This document shows positions 63,461-64,000 of a stretch of DNA of 64,000 bases, piece by piece. The stretch's first letter is position 1. Each line of letters opens with the position of its first letter. The notes below the pieces were generated by a model. The model ran no database searches. It was not told where the DNA came from and saw nothing but the letters and a program-made list of their open reading frames with translations. This DNA comes from Mobula hypostoma (lineage: Eukaryota): the NCBI RefSeq assembly GCF_963921235.1, contig NC_086097.1:159280001-159344000 (forward strand), given 5' to 3'. The translations under genes were made by a program, and so were the position numbers.

Positions 63461-64000
63461 TCTATGCACTTTTGCTGCTGCTGCAGTACAGCAAATTTCA
63501 CATCATCTGAGTCACTGATGATAAATCTGATTCTGTTCTTGAAGCCACTACACTCTAACCCAATGAAACCTGATAATCTGATATCCCCACTTCCAAAACT
63601 TTTGCCTAATCCAGGAGTTTTAGGCATCAGAGAAAATTTCTTGTAGTAGTGACAATTCCTTTCTTGTTTTCTTGGACTGCAGATGGCATGGCAAAGGAAG
63701 GATTCTGTTGTCACTGCAACTCAATCAATATGGTTATCGCCATCTCCACATCTTATTGTCCCACAGTGCAATATTGAATGACATAAATAAAAATTAGTAA
63801 ATTTGTTGTGTTGTTTTCATGAATCTTGTCCATACCTATCTTCTCCCCACCCCAAACAATACCCCCCTACCGAGTGTGCAGTTAGTCCCAGCAGTTCCTG
63901 GAACTGTTAAATGAGCCACTTTATCATTTCCAATAAAATGGCTCAATTTGAGGGAGAAAGAAAAATATCTGGTATAAATATATCTCCACTAATAACATAG

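Overview
This is eukaryotic (vertebrate) DNA with no recognisable host protein-coding gene. The repeat families and their sequences suggest a cartilaginous fish, probably a ray or shark (inference, not verified). Roughly half the window is decayed transposable elements: many CR1 and Rex1/Babar-type LINE fragments, an RTE LINE, Penelope-like elements, two Gypsy LTR elements (one inserted antisense into the other), a near-complete hAT transposon, non-autonomous Tc1, hAT and PIF/Harbinger elements, and tRNA-derived SINEs. Nearly all ORFs in the track are TE remnants or noise. The most notable items are: (i) a near-perfect 199-bp palindrome at 10243-10441, bounded by a 7-bp target-site duplication and carrying two oppositely oriented minimal hammerhead-ribozyme motifs (Penelope terminal repeat); (ii) a 683-bp GC-rich non-coding LINE-tailed retroelement; (iii) a hAT transposase retaining all catalytic motifs; (iv) several TE-free, motif-dense islands resembling conserved enhancers; and (v) three possible plus-strand exons. 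Overall it reads as a large intron or gene desert.
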